Of a DNA stretch of 64,000 nucleotides, positions 54,002 to 63,473 are shown piece by piece. The notes below the pieces were generated by a model that was given only the letters and a program-made list of their open reading frames with translations, was not told where the DNA came from and ran no database searches. This DNA comes from Dehalococcoidia bacterium (GTDB lineage: Bacteria; Chloroflexota; Dehalococcoidia; Lucifugimonadales; Lucifugimonadaceae): positions 644,685-708,684 of the forward strand of contig OZ244903.1 in NCBI GenBank assembly GCA_965221625.1. Reading direction: 5' to 3'. Position numbers and translations under genes: made by a program. Position 1 is the stretch's first letter. The number at the start of each line of letters is the position of its first letter.

Positions 54002-55105
54002 ATGAGTTCCGCTAAAGTCCGCGATCCGAAACGCTACGAGCGGACGAAGCTCTTACTCGGATTTGTCGCACCTTCGATATTCGTCATACTTGCGTGTTTA
54101 GTGCTCGTCACGGGTTTCTCTGCGACTATCCGAGACGCCATCTCAGATCTGAACGACAATATCATTCTCGGTGCGGTCGTCTACGCCGTCGTCGGCTCGA
54201 TTGTCATCGAGATAATTACGCTTCCGTTCGACTTTTACGGTGGGCACGTCGTCGAGCGTCGGTACGCACTGACCAAGCGAACTGTACCCGGTTGGTTGCT
54301 GGATTGGTTGAAATCTCTGGGGGTTCAAACCGCGTTGCTTGCGGCATTCATCGCAATCGTATACGCGGTGCTTTACTTTGATCCGACTTGGTGGTGGCTC
54401 TGGGCGTCTATGCTCCTGACGATCCTCTCCGTCGTGATGGCTGCCATCGTACCAGTTGTGCTGCTGCCGATATTCTTCAAGTTCGAACCACTGCCCGACG
54501 GCGATCTCAAGGAACGTCTCGTTCGGTTGTCCGAACGCCTTGGCACGCAAGTTCAAGGTGCGTACATCTGGAAACTAGGGGAGCGTACGGTGAAAGCGAA
54601 CGCGGCGTTGACGGGATGGGGCAAGACGCGCAGGATCATCATCTCCGACACGCTGATCGAGAGCCACGAACCAGACGAGATTGAGGTGATCATCGCCCAC
54701 GAACTCGGACACCACGTCAACGGTGACATCTGGCGAGGCGTCGCCGCCCAAACCGTTCTGATCTTCGTTTCGATGTACGCGATCAACGTTGCTTTGAATG
54801 CATGGTCAAGCAGTTTCGGCATCAACGGGGCACTTCACGATTACGCTAATCTGCCGTTGCTGGCGTTGATCATCATGGTCGTCGGTTTCATTGCGCTCCC
54901 GCTCGCAAACACTTACTCGCGTCGCCGTGAAACCGCTGCCGATAACTTCGCCATCGAAACGACCGACATGCGAGACGAGTTCATCTCCGCGATGGAGAAG
55001 TTAGGTTTAGTGAACCTGTCCGATGCCAATCCGCATCCGCTCATCGAGACGATGTTTCACAGCCATCCGAGCATCAATCGACGCATCGCCAACGTGCGGC
55101 GATGA
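54002..55105 (+). CDS. M48-family zinc metallopeptidase (Ste24/HtpX-like), polytopic
   Basis: Several N-terminal TM helices; HExxH in IIAHELGHHVNGD; C-terminal HPS...R. Confidence 0.85.
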   Translation: MSSAKVRDPKRYERTKLLLGFVAPSIFVILACLVLVTGFSATIRDAISDLNDNIILGAVVYAVVGSIVIEIITLPFDFYGGHVVERRYALTKRTVPGWLLDWLKSLGVQTALLAAFIAIVYAVLYFDPTWWWLWASMLLTILSVVMAAIVPVVLLPIFFKFEPLPDGDLKERLVRLSERLGTQVQGAYIWKLGERTVKANAALTGWGKTRRIIISDTLIESHEPDEIEVIIAHELGHHVNGDIWRGVAAQTVLIFVSMYAINVALNAWSSSFGINGALHDYANLPLLALIIMVVGFIALPLANTYSRRRETAADNFAIETTDMRDEFISAMEKLGLVNLSDANPHPLIETMFHSHPSINRRIANVRR

Positions 55106-55112
55106 AGAGTCG

Positions 55113-55901
55113 TTACCAGACTGAATAACCACCGTCGACGGCGATCGCGGTTCCAGTCACAAAGTCGGATGCCGAGGACGCGAGGAATACAGCGGTACCG
55201 GCAAGGTCATTGGGCACGCCCCAACGATCGGCCGGCGTTCGAGATTGCACCAGCTGGTATCGCTCCGGGAACAACTCCTTGAACTGATTGGTCATCTCAG
55301 TCACGATCCAACCCGGCAAGATTGCGTTCGCCTGAACGTTGTGCTTGGCCCAAGCAACGGCACACGACTTGGTGTACTGGACGACTCCGCCTTTTGATGC
55401 AGCATATGCGGCGGCGTAAGCGGTCCCGAATATCGACATCATGGAGCCGATGTTGATGTACTTGCCGGCACCTTTGTCTCGCATGTGATCGAATGTCAGC
55501 GATGCGACGTGGTGCATCGAGGTTAAGTTCGTATCGATGACGTATCGCCAATCTTCATCCGAGAGATTCTGAGGTTCGTCTGACCTGCGGTTGGTTCCGG
55601 CATTGTTGACGACGATGTCCCATCCGCCCAACTTTGCCATCGTCTCGTCGAGTGCCGCCTGTATCGAATCGCGCTCGGTTACGTCACACGCCAATGCCAA
55701 GACGCGCGACGCGTCGCCACCAGCCGCGGACACGAGTGTGTCAACGGCACTTCCCAGCTTTTCTGCATTGCGAGCGGCGATAGCGACCGATGCGCCGTGC
55801 TGAACAAAACCTTCGGCGATGCCGAGACCTATCCCGCCGTTGCCGCCGGTTACGAAGCCTACCTTGCCGGTGAGGTCAAACAGTGAATTGGACGATGCCA
55901 T
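55113..55901 (-). CDS. SDR-family oxidoreductase
   Basis: TGGNGGIG cofactor motif, NNAG, and catalytic Y....K (YAASKGG). Confidence 0.88.
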   Translation of the reverse strand: MASSNSLFDLTGKVGFVTGGNGGIGLGIAEGFVQHGASVAIAARNAEKLGSAVDTLVSAAGGDASRVLALACDVTERDSIQAALDETMAKLGGWDIVVNNAGTNRRSDEPQNLSDEDWRYVIDTNLTSMHHVASLTFDHMRDKGAGKYINIGSMMSIFGTAYAAAYAASKGGVVQYTKSCAVAWAKHNVQANAILPGWIVTEMTNQFKELFPERYQLVQSRTPADRWGVPNDLAGTAVFLASSASDFVTGTAIAVDGGYSVW

Positions 55902-55970
55902 CCTTGTCCTTTCTCGAGATGTTGGCCAGGAAGATCTCGCATATTCGGGATACTCCGAGGTGCTCCGAGT

Positions 55971-57176
55971 TTACTCTTCGTCATCGCCGAATGATCCGTA
56001 CCAATCGGTGCGTTGCGCTTCTGGCGCGTCGACGTCGATGCTGAACTCGTCCAGTGCATCCGGGTTTGGCTCGATTCCCAATCCCGGGCGACCATTCGGG
56101 TGGATGTGCCCGTTTCGGACGTCGAACATCGGCTCGATCAACTGCTCAAAGGTTGAGAACCAGTGGTGAACGCACTCCTCGCGATAGAGGTTAGGCATCG
56201 CCATGCACGCTTGGAAACTAGCAGCGATGGCTATCGGCCCGAGTGCGTCATGCGGACTGATGCGGATGTATGCCACCTCGGCCATGGCACCGATCCTGCG
56301 CAACTCGCTTATTCCTCCGCACCAAGCGACGTCAGGCATGATGTAGTCGACCAACCGATCGTTGATGATTTGCCAGTAATCCCAACGCGTGAAGTGGCGT
56401 TCACCGACACACAAGGGAACATTCACGTTCTCCCGAACCTGTTTCAGTGCGTTGTGGTTTTCTACGTGGATCGGCTCCTCGAGCCACACCAAGTTGATGT
56501 GCTCGAGCGCGCGGCATGCTTCGATGGCAGAGGCGACGTCGAAGCGTCCGTGGGCGTCGACCATCAGTTCATATTCGTCGCCGACCGCTTCTCGCAGTCC
56601 GTCCATCCATTCGACAGCTTGCGCGATCGCCGAAGGGTCGAGACGTTCAACCATGAACGCACCGCGGAATCTACCGTATTGCCTTCTCGAAGGAAATGGA
56701 TCGGTCTTGATCGCTTCAAAACCCATCTCTTTGGTGCGACGCGCGTCCGCCATCATACCTGCGAGATGCTCATCAAACGTCGTTCCTTGACTGGTGTCGC
56801 TGACGTGCGTGTAAAGCGGTACCGAGGCCCGAACTGGGCCGCCAAGCAGGTCGTAGATTGGGCGATTCAGCTCTTTGCCTTTGATGTCCCACAGGGCGAT
56901 GTCGATTGCGCTGATGAGGTGCGAGACGAATCCGCGTCCGTTGAGATCGGAGTAGAGATGGAATATGCGTTGCCAAATTTCCTCAATATGGGAAGCGTCG
57001 ACGCCGATGACGAAAGGTTTGACCGCCTCGATTCCTCTAACAAGCTGCGGATTGGCGATGTAGTCGGTGCACTCACCCCAACCGGTGATGCCCTCGTCCG
57101 TTTCGACGCTCACGAGTACCCACGGCATCGTTGTCGGCATCTTCACGACGTGAGACTTGACATCGGTGATCTTCAT
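55971..57176 (-). CDS. Enolase-superfamily dehydratase, D-galactonate dehydratase-like
   Basis: MKITDVK...., VSVETDEGITGWGE, SAIDIALWDIKGKELNRPIYDLLGG, VDAHGRF, WLEEP, VGER, MPDVAWCGGI, PHD.LGPIA. Confidence 0.88.
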   Translation of the reverse strand: MKITDVKSHVVKMPTTMPWVLVSVETDEGITGWGECTDYIANPQLVRGIEAVKPFVIGVDASHIEEIWQRIFHLYSDLNGRGFVSHLISAIDIALWDIKGKELNRPIYDLLGGPVRASVPLYTHVSDTSQGTTFDEHLAGMMADARRTKEMGFEAIKTDPFPSRRQYGRFRGAFMVERLDPSAIAQAVEWMDGLREAVGDEYELMVDAHGRFDVASAIEACRALEHINLVWLEEPIHVENHNALKQVRENVNVPLCVGERHFTRWDYWQIINDRLVDYIMPDVAWCGGISELRRIGAMAEVAYIRISPHDALGPIAIAASFQACMAMPNLYREECVHHWFSTFEQLIEPMFDVRNGHIHPNGRPGLGIEPNPDALDEFSIDVDAPEAQRTDWYGSFGDDEE

Positions 57177-57258
57177 GGCAACAGACCCCAGAAACTTCGG
57201 GATGGTGATGGTGTTGCGGATAGTTTACTGCGCGTCATACGGGCTAGAATGCGTTGAA

Positions 57259-58188
57259 TCAGTTAATCTGTCGCAATCTCGGATCGAGGTAATCGCGCAA
57301 CCAATCACCGATGAAGTTAAAGGCGAAGACGGTGAGGAAGATGGCGATTCCCGGCATCACTGGTACCCACCATGCAGTAGTGATGAACTCTCGACCGTCT
57401 GCAACCATGCTCCCCCATGCTGGTTGAGGTGCCGGGATGCCAACGCCGAGATACGAGAGCACCGATTCGGTCAATATCAACGAACCGATCTGCAGCGTTG
57501 CGATGACGACGATGGTGTTGAAAACCCCGGGCAGTATGTGATTGAAAGCGATACGGATGCCAGACGCCCCGGCGACGCGGGAGCTGGCTACGTAGTCCAT
57601 GTTCTTGAGTTGTAGTGTGAGCCCACGCGTTTGGCGAGCGAATATCGGCCACGAAAAGATGGTCAGCAGTATCAAAACTAACCGGAAGCTCGCACCGAAG
57701 ACGACTGCGGCCACCAAGGCTATCAATAGGAAAGGAATGGCGTACACGAGGTCGACGAGCCGCATCGCGATCTCATCCCATAACCCGCCGGCCATTCCCG
57801 ACGCGATGCCGACGGCACTGCCGATGATGCTTCCACAGATGATGACGATGAAGGCGACCGAGAGCGAGATTCGAGAACCATGGATGATCCTGCTGAGTAA
57901 ATCCCGGCCGATTTTGTCAGCCCCGAGTACGTAGTCCCACGTACCACCTTCGAGCCAGACTGGAGGTGCAGCCAACTTGTCGAGGTCGCTTTCGAGGGGA
58001 TGGTTTGGTGCGACCCAAGGCGCGAACAGTGCCATGACAGCTAGTCCGATGGCAATCGTAACTGGCAGCACCGGGTACCGCCTTACCCAACGGTAAGCGG
58101 TTTTTGGTACCGCAATCCAGGCAGTGTCAGCAGGTTGTGCGGTTCGACCGGACGAGGCGATCACCTGTTCCTCGGTGTTTTGGATCAT
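57259..58188 (-). CDS. ABC transporter permease (DppC/OppC-type)
   Basis: Polytopic, with EAA-like loop VASSRVAGASGIRIAFNHILP. ATG at 58188 leaves a 46-nt gap after the upstream permease. The ORF-track start at 58314 would overlap it by 80 nt. Confidence 0.85.
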   Translation of the reverse strand: MIQNTEEQVIASSGRTAQPADTAWIAVPKTAYRWVRRYPVLPVTIAIGLAVMALFAPWVAPNHPLESDLDKLAAPPVWLEGGTWDYVLGADKIGRDLLSRIIHGSRISLSVAFIVIICGSIIGSAVGIASGMAGGLWDEIAMRLVDLVYAIPFLLIALVAAVVFGASFRLVLILLTIFSWPIFARQTRGLTLQLKNMDYVASSRVAGASGIRIAFNHILPGVFNTIVVIATLQIGSLILTESVLSYLGVGIPAPQPAWGSMVADGREFITTAWWVPVMPGIAIFLTVFAFNFIGDWLRDYLDPRLRQIN

Positions 58189-58234
58189 CGGACGTGGTGC
58201 GTGGGTGCGCTGTCGGTTAGTCGAGAGTTCCCGC

Positions 58235-59164
58235 TCAGAAGATGCGAATACGGGGATCGATATAGGCGTACAGCAGATCGGCGATGAGACTCGAGACAAG
58301 GAACATGGCGGCAAAAATGACCGTGATGCCGGTTACCAACGGGAAGTCGTTGTTCCGCGTCGCGTCGACAGCTAGTCTCCCAAGTCCCGGCCATGCGAAG
58401 ACGGTTTCCACGACTACGGTTCCGGTGAGGAAGCTGGCGAGCAGGATGGCTGCGACGGTGAGTGGGGGCACCAGCGCGTTTTTCAGTCCGTGTTTCAAGA
58501 TAACCCGTGTCCCAGAAACGCCCTTCGCCCGAGCCAGCTTGATGAACTCGCTATCCAAGACTTCCAGCAGCGATGATCGGGTAAGGCGTGTCAAACCAGC
58601 CGAACCCAACCACGCCAGAGTCACTGCGGGCAGCACGAAATGCGTCCAATCTCCGCGCCGAGAAGTCGGGAACCAGTCGAGATACACCGCGAAGATGTAG
58701 ATCATCACTAGTGCCAACCAGAACGGCGGTGCCGCTTGCCCGACCAGAGCAAACGAGCGCACTCCCAAATCGATGAAGCTGCCTCGCGTAACTGCGGAAA
58801 TCGTTCCTAGCGTGATGCCGATTCCGATCGCCATCAGATAGGCGATGCCCGATAGTTGGATGGTTGCCGGCACCTTCGACATGATGACGTCAAGCGAGTT
58901 GCGTTTGTGCCAGAGCGACTGTCCGAAATCACCTTGCACCGCATTGCCCGCCCAGACGAGATACTGCACCACCATCGGTTTGTCGAGCCCGAGTTCACGT
59001 CCTCTTGCATCCCACACCTCCTGCGACCAACGGGTACCGGGCGTCATGTAGAGCAGACGCGGGTCGCCAGCCAGCCGCGACAACCCGAACACGATCATCG
59101 AGATGCCGACCATCACGGCGATCATGTAGATGGTGCGTCTTAGCAGGAATCTAGCCACTAGCAC
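58235..59164 (-). CDS. ABC transporter permease (DppB/OppB-type)
   Basis: FLLRR....I.V..G.S...F.L..L.GDP N-terminus; FIKLARAKGVS..RV..KH.L.NAL.P. GTG start. Confidence 0.88.
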   Translation of the reverse strand: MLVARFLLRRTIYMIAVMVGISMIVFGLSRLAGDPRLLYMTPGTRWSQEVWDARGRELGLDKPMVVQYLVWAGNAVQGDFGQSLWHKRNSLDVIMSKVPATIQLSGIAYLMAIGIGITLGTISAVTRGSFIDLGVRSFALVGQAAPPFWLALVMIYIFAVYLDWFPTSRRGDWTHFVLPAVTLAWLGSAGLTRLTRSSLLEVLDSEFIKLARAKGVSGTRVILKHGLKNALVPPLTVAAILLASFLTGTVVVETVFAWPGLGRLAVDATRNNDFPLVTGITVIFAAMFLVSSLIADLLYAYIDPRIRIF

Positions 59165-59279
59165 CTTTCAATGGTTGAACTGCCACGGTGCCACATTGGG
59201 TGCGACGCGAATTCTGGTTCGAGTGAACCGGGTGAAGTTGCGGATATTCTACCGCAAAAGCCCCGGCGCGCGGCGATTC

Positions 59280-59320
59280 CTCCTCCTCCCGACGCCTTAA
59301 GTGGCGAAAAGGAGGAGGAG
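59280..59320 (-). promoter_or_regulatory. Intercistronic polypyrimidine/polypurine stem-loop between the substrate-binding protein (SBP) and permease genes
   Basis: CTCCTCCTCC (59280-59289) pairs perfectly with GGAGGAGGAG (59311-59320), with a 21-nt loop. It starts 16 nt downstream of the SBP stop codon on the transcript. Confidence 0.55.
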
Positions 59321-59335
59321 AAATCGATGATCGAA

Positions 59336-61108
59336 TCATTCAGAATCGACGAGAACTATCGATTCCGGTCGGTTCGGAAGGACGTCCTGCGAGTTGTACG
59401 GATCCCACGACGCGACGGTTCCGGCGACTGCGAAAAGGTTTGCGCTGTGCTGGAACATCGGCAAGAACAGCATCTGATGCGAGAGGTAGTCTTGCACCGC
59501 GATGTTGTTCGAGATCCGCTGGGCCAGCGAGCGTTCGGTAGCATTCGACAGTCCAATGTCGCAGTATCGCTGCTCCATCGTGAAACCGACGATGTGTCCG
59601 GCGGCAGCGCAGATGTAACGAGCCGAGGTCGCTCCGGGTATCCAGTTAATGCCGTGGGTGAACGGCACGTTGATCGTCTTGTCCACGGTTTGTGGTCGGC
59701 GTGCTGCGTATTCGGTGCGATCGATCGTCACGTCGATGCCGAGTTGACTGCGCCACATCTCGGCGACAGCTTCGGCGGCTGCGATCGTCCCCGGTGAGAA
59801 GGTACTCGGCACCCAGATCTCCATGTCGAAACCATCGGGGTATCCCGCTTCAGCCATGTACTGCCTCGCCATGTCGACGTCGTGTGGAATCACCCACTCG
59901 GACTTGTGAGTCGGGTCGTCAGGCAGGATGTTCTGCCAGGCGTAGATGACGCGGCCGAGTCCGTCAAGCACGTTCTCAATGATCGACTCGCGATCGACCG
60001 CCATCGCCATCGCCCATCGAACCTTGCGAGCATTCTCCATGGACGTTGCATCGGTCGGGTCGCCGATCCAAGGATACCCTTCGCTGATACCTTCGTCCCA
60101 GCCGGGTCGAGGCATCACGCCACCTTCACAATCCGAGCACGTGGTCGACCAGTAGTTGCCGGCCATCTGGAATCCTTGCGGACGGGCGATACCGATTTCT
60201 TGTACCGAGCCTCCGATGTCGCTGGCAACGGCGTTGATGACCTGAGGGCTGAGTTCACCAATGTCAATCTCGCCAGCTCTCAACGCGGCTTCTCGGGACG
60301 CCGCTTCGGGCATGTGGACGATCGTCACGGTTCCAACTGATGGTTGGTCTCCAGTCCAGTGGTCAGCCACCGAGTGCAAAACCACCTGGTCGTCGGCCAC
60401 CCACTCTGAAACTCGATACTTACCGGTGCCTACCGCATTGGTTCCGAAACCGTCAGCACCGAGTTCGTCGAAAGCCATCTTGCTGACGATCACGATGCCG
60501 TTGAATCCCGCATTTCCTTGCAGCCAAGCCCACGTCGGGTCGAAACCTCCCGGTTCGATATTCTGGCGGACAGTTCGTTCGTCAATGACGTCAAATCCCA
60601 ACTTCATCTCCGGTCCGATCTCTTCGGCCCCATTGTTGACCGAATCTGGGGCGAACGCGGAGTTGAAGCTCCATGCAACGTCCTCGGCAGTCAAGTTACC
60701 CCAATCGCCGCCGTTGTTGTGCCACGGAATGTCTTCTCGGATCGTGAAGTTGATGCTGTTGAAATCGGCTGCGACCTCCCAAGACTCGGCAAGACCGAGG
60801 TCTCTTGGCGAGTAGGCGGTGTGATCTTGCGGCGGCGGATTAGGTGGTGCAACGTGCGGCGCACGCACGATCGTTTCGAATACCGAAAGGTCCTTGCCGA
60901 TGCCTCCAGTCGCCCGGATGTCGCGGCGCGGCTCCTGAATTAGCGGAGGCACCTCGCCAACCGCGATGGTGACGTTGCCGGAGGTAGAAGGCCCGGAGTC
61001 GTCACCGCCGAGGCAAGCGACGGCTGCTAGGGCCAGAGGTATCAGCAGGGTTGACATCAACACCCAAAACGCGTCTTTTCGGTGTTGCCGAATTCTCGAT
61101 AACATCAC
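59336..61108 (-). CDS. ABC transporter substrate-binding protein, family 5 (peptide/nickel/opine type), probable lipoprotein
   Basis: Signal peptide with LALAAVAC Cys. 590 aa, consistent with family-5 SBP length and blocks. First gene of the SBP-permease-permease array. Confidence 0.85.
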   Translation of the reverse strand: MMLSRIRQHRKDAFWVLMSTLLIPLALAAVACLGGDDSGPSTSGNVTIAVGEVPPLIQEPRRDIRATGGIGKDLSVFETIVRAPHVAPPNPPPQDHTAYSPRDLGLAESWEVAADFNSINFTIREDIPWHNNGGDWGNLTAEDVAWSFNSAFAPDSVNNGAEEIGPEMKLGFDVIDERTVRQNIEPGGFDPTWAWLQGNAGFNGIVIVSKMAFDELGADGFGTNAVGTGKYRVSEWVADDQVVLHSVADHWTGDQPSVGTVTIVHMPEAASREAALRAGEIDIGELSPQVINAVASDIGGSVQEIGIARPQGFQMAGNYWSTTCSDCEGGVMPRPGWDEGISEGYPWIGDPTDATSMENARKVRWAMAMAVDRESIIENVLDGLGRVIYAWQNILPDDPTHKSEWVIPHDVDMARQYMAEAGYPDGFDMEIWVPSTFSPGTIAAAEAVAEMWRSQLGIDVTIDRTEYAARRPQTVDKTINVPFTHGINWIPGATSARYICAAAGHIVGFTMEQRYCDIGLSNATERSLAQRISNNIAVQDYLSHQMLFLPMFQHSANLFAVAGTVASWDPYNSQDVLPNRPESIVLVDSE

Positions 61109-61336
61109 TCAGCTCCCTTCCGTGATGCGAGTTTACTTGGGTTGCAGATTATCGAAGTGATTTGCGGCTGTCAAGAGAAAGACGCAGTATCGAGGCACCA
61201 AATATACGAATTACGCATTCAACTCGAGATTGGAAACGCGACAAACGTAACGAATTGCGAGAAGCGTGGATTTCGCCCGCGATCTTAGGTCATCTAACAC
61301 GTCATCCATTGCGTACCATGAGAAAGCGAAACCGAG

Positions 61337-63004
61337 ATGAGCACCGTCTTCTACAGAAAGTGGCGTCCGACTAGGTTCAGTGACGTAGTCGGCCAGCAAC
61401 ACGTAACCGAGACTTTGCGTCGCGCCGTGCAGACGGACCGCGTCGCCCATGCCTATCTCTTCACCGGTCCACGCGGCGTTGGCAAGACCTCTACCGCGCG
61501 CATCCTCGCCAAAGCTCTCAACGCAGAACTCGATGAGAACGGCGATCCCAAATCCGACACCGAAACCGCCATCGCGATCGATGAAGGTCGCTACATGGAC
61601 TTAATCGAGATTGACGGCGCGTCGAACCGTAGCGTGAACGACGTCCGGGACTTGCGCGAACGCGTGCTGCTGCGCCCATCAATCGGCGACTACAAGGTCT
61701 ACATCATCGACGAAGTCCACATGCTTACGACGGAGGCATTCAACGCCTTGCTGAAGACGTTGGAGGAACCGCCGCCGCAGGTTGTGATGATCCTAGCGAC
61801 GACAGACATTCATCGCGTGCCGGCGACAATCATCAGTCGTTGCCAGCGATTCGATTTCCGTCGTTTGTCGTCGGATGACGTTATCTCCCGCTTGGTTCTA
61901 ATCTGCGACGAAGAGGGGATTGAGTGCGAACCGAGCGTGCTTGAGTTAGTGGCGCGGGCTGCATGGGGTTCGTTGAGGGACGCCGAAAACCTGTTGGAGC
62001 AGTTGGCGGTCTCCTACGGTGACGGCAACGAGATTACAGAAGATCAGGCGCGCGAGTTGCTCGGCATCGGCGACGAATCTACGGCGCGCGAGTTGGCGAG
62101 TGCGGTATTGCGCAAAGACGCGAAGCGCGCACTTGAAATTGTCGAAGAAGAAGCCGCGCGCGGCACCGAATTGCGGGGGTTGCGTGATGGTACGATCGCA
62201 GCACTTCGCGGCGCGTTGCTCAAGAAACACGGCGTTGAGGCATCGTTCGGCGACCAAGTCGACACCACGGAGCTTGAAGCAGATGCGATGTCTGCTTCAT
62301 CGGAGCAGATACTACACGCCATCACCGCTTTCGGTCGCAACGAACGCTTTGCCGACGCGTCGTCACCTCTCACGCTCGAAGTCGCCGTAGTGAAGGCGAT
62401 TGCTGGACCGCCCGCCGTCAACGTTGTTGCGCCAAGAACCGCGCGTCAAGCGACACCTTCAGGTGCTCGACAACCGCAACCAAGCGGGGCGTCCCGCGCT
62501 CCCCGCGGCAGGTCGGGTCAGGCTTCTACTGCATCGCCGCGCGGCGATGACAACCGATGGAGCAGATTCTTGGAGGGCGTGGATCTGGCACTCGGGTCCG
62601 ACGCCAAGGCGGTCTTCGCTGCCATGGTCGTCACGGGCCCGGCGGACGGTCGGTTGACGTTGCGGCCGCGAGACAGTGCGGTAGACGACAAGTTCCGCGC
62701 AATTTGGGGAGACGATGCGAACCGCGCCAAGTTGAGACCGCACTTCCAGGACGTCTACGGCTCCAGCACCAGGCTTCAGTTAATGTCGGCGACGACGCAG
62801 GCGGGAGTTGATGCGACCAGTACGGCGAACGAAAACCCAGGGGTTACGCCTGCGACACACAGCGATGCTTCTGATGCCGATGGCGCGGAACGAAGTGGAT
62901 CGATAGTGGTTCCCGAGGAGGTCGACTCAGATCCACTCGTCCAACGATTGCGGAATGTTGGCGGAAGGGTCGTGTCGGTCGAAGACGTCGCCGACAGCGA
63001 TTGA
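61337..63004 (+). CDS. dnaX: DNA polymerase III subunit gamma/tau
   Basis: YRKWRP..F.DVVGQ.HV...L......R..HAYLF.GPRGVGKT; IDEVHMLT; SRCQRFDF. Low-complexity C-terminal half. Confidence 0.93.
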   Translation: MSTVFYRKWRPTRFSDVVGQQHVTETLRRAVQTDRVAHAYLFTGPRGVGKTSTARILAKALNAELDENGDPKSDTETAIAIDEGRYMDLIEIDGASNRSVNDVRDLRERVLLRPSIGDYKVYIIDEVHMLTTEAFNALLKTLEEPPPQVVMILATTDIHRVPATIISRCQRFDFRRLSSDDVISRLVLICDEEGIECEPSVLELVARAAWGSLRDAENLLEQLAVSYGDGNEITEDQARELLGIGDESTARELASAVLRKDAKRALEIVEEEAARGTELRGLRDGTIAALRGALLKKHGVEASFGDQVDTTELEADAMSASSEQILHAITAFGRNERFADASSPLTLEVAVVKAIAGPPAVNVVAPRTARQATPSGARQPQPSGASRAPRGRSGQASTASPRGDDNRWSRFLEGVDLALGSDAKAVFAAMVVTGPADGRLTLRPRDSAVDDKFRAIWGDDANRAKLRPHFQDVYGSSTRLQLMSATTQAGVDATSTANENPGVTPATHSDASDADGAERSGSIVVPEEVDSDPLVQRLRNVGGRVVSVEDVADSD

Positions 63005-63121
63005 CACCGGCTACAGATTCGTGCGTCGAACGGACGTATCTTGACCGGAAACTGCCATCAAGTTCGGACTGTAGAATCGCACTAGTCACCCCCACATCGC
63101 TAGACAGGCGGCAGTTTCGAC

Positions 63122-63433
63122 ATGATGAATCGCAATATGCTCAAGCAAGCGCAGGAGATGCAGCGCAAGATCCAGCTTGTGCAGCAGGAGATCGCGGAAG
63201 CTACGTCTGAGGCGTCGGTAGGCGGCGGTGCCGTTAAAGCGGTCGTGATAGGCGGTGCGAAAGTCGAACGTATTGAGATATCACCGGACGTGGTGGACCC
63301 GGAGGACGTTGAGATGCTCGAGGATTTGGTAATGGCCGCAGTTAACGAGGCGATGGATGCCGCACAGGAAGAAGCGGCAAAGAAGATGCAGGCGATTACG
63401 GGTGGACTAAACCTGCCAGGCTTGGGTCTTTAG
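63122..63433 (+). CDS. ybaB: YbaB/EbfC-family nucleoid-associated protein
   Basis: 103 aa; MLKQAQEMQ..........E; GGGAVK....G......I.I......D.EMLEDL...A.N.A; conserved dnaX-ybaB-recR order. Confidence 0.9.
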   Translation: MMNRNMLKQAQEMQRKIQLVQQEIAEATSEASVGGGAVKAVVIGGAKVERIEISPDVVDPEDVEMLEDLVMAAVNEAMDAAQEEAAKKMQAITGGLNLPGLGL

Positions 63434-63473
63434 CAGTCCTAGACGATCCCAAGTGTCGGGTTAGTCTAGGGAC

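Noticed and set aside
56163-57257. 364-aa plus-strand ORF. Similar long antisense ORFs occur at 12127..12858, 15229..16059, 19882..20703, 44884..45438 and 35321..36034.
   Set aside because: All lie antisense to, or overlap out of frame with, genes with clear family signatures. They have Arg/Ser/Pro-rich composition typical of spurious frames in GC-rich DNA.
59171-59797. Plus-strand ORF with a very strong SD-like AAGGAGGAGGAG 6 nt before ATG 59327
   Set aside because: It is antisense to a well-supported family-5 SBP gene, and its product has Arg-rich, low-complexity composition. The purine run is better explained as one arm of the intercistronic hairpin.
61109-61336. Looked for an SRP RNA (ffs) gene, which often lies upstream of dnaX. 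Also noticed the repeated ACGAATT(A/G)CG at 61206 and 61250.
   Set aside because: I saw no helix-8-like SRP motifs or extended pairing. The 9-12-nt repeat is too short to distinguish from chance without comparative data.
61337-63004. Programmed -1 frameshift site in dnaX (A-AAA-AAG-type slippery heptamer)
   Set aside because: No slippery heptamer or A-run was seen in the coding sequence.
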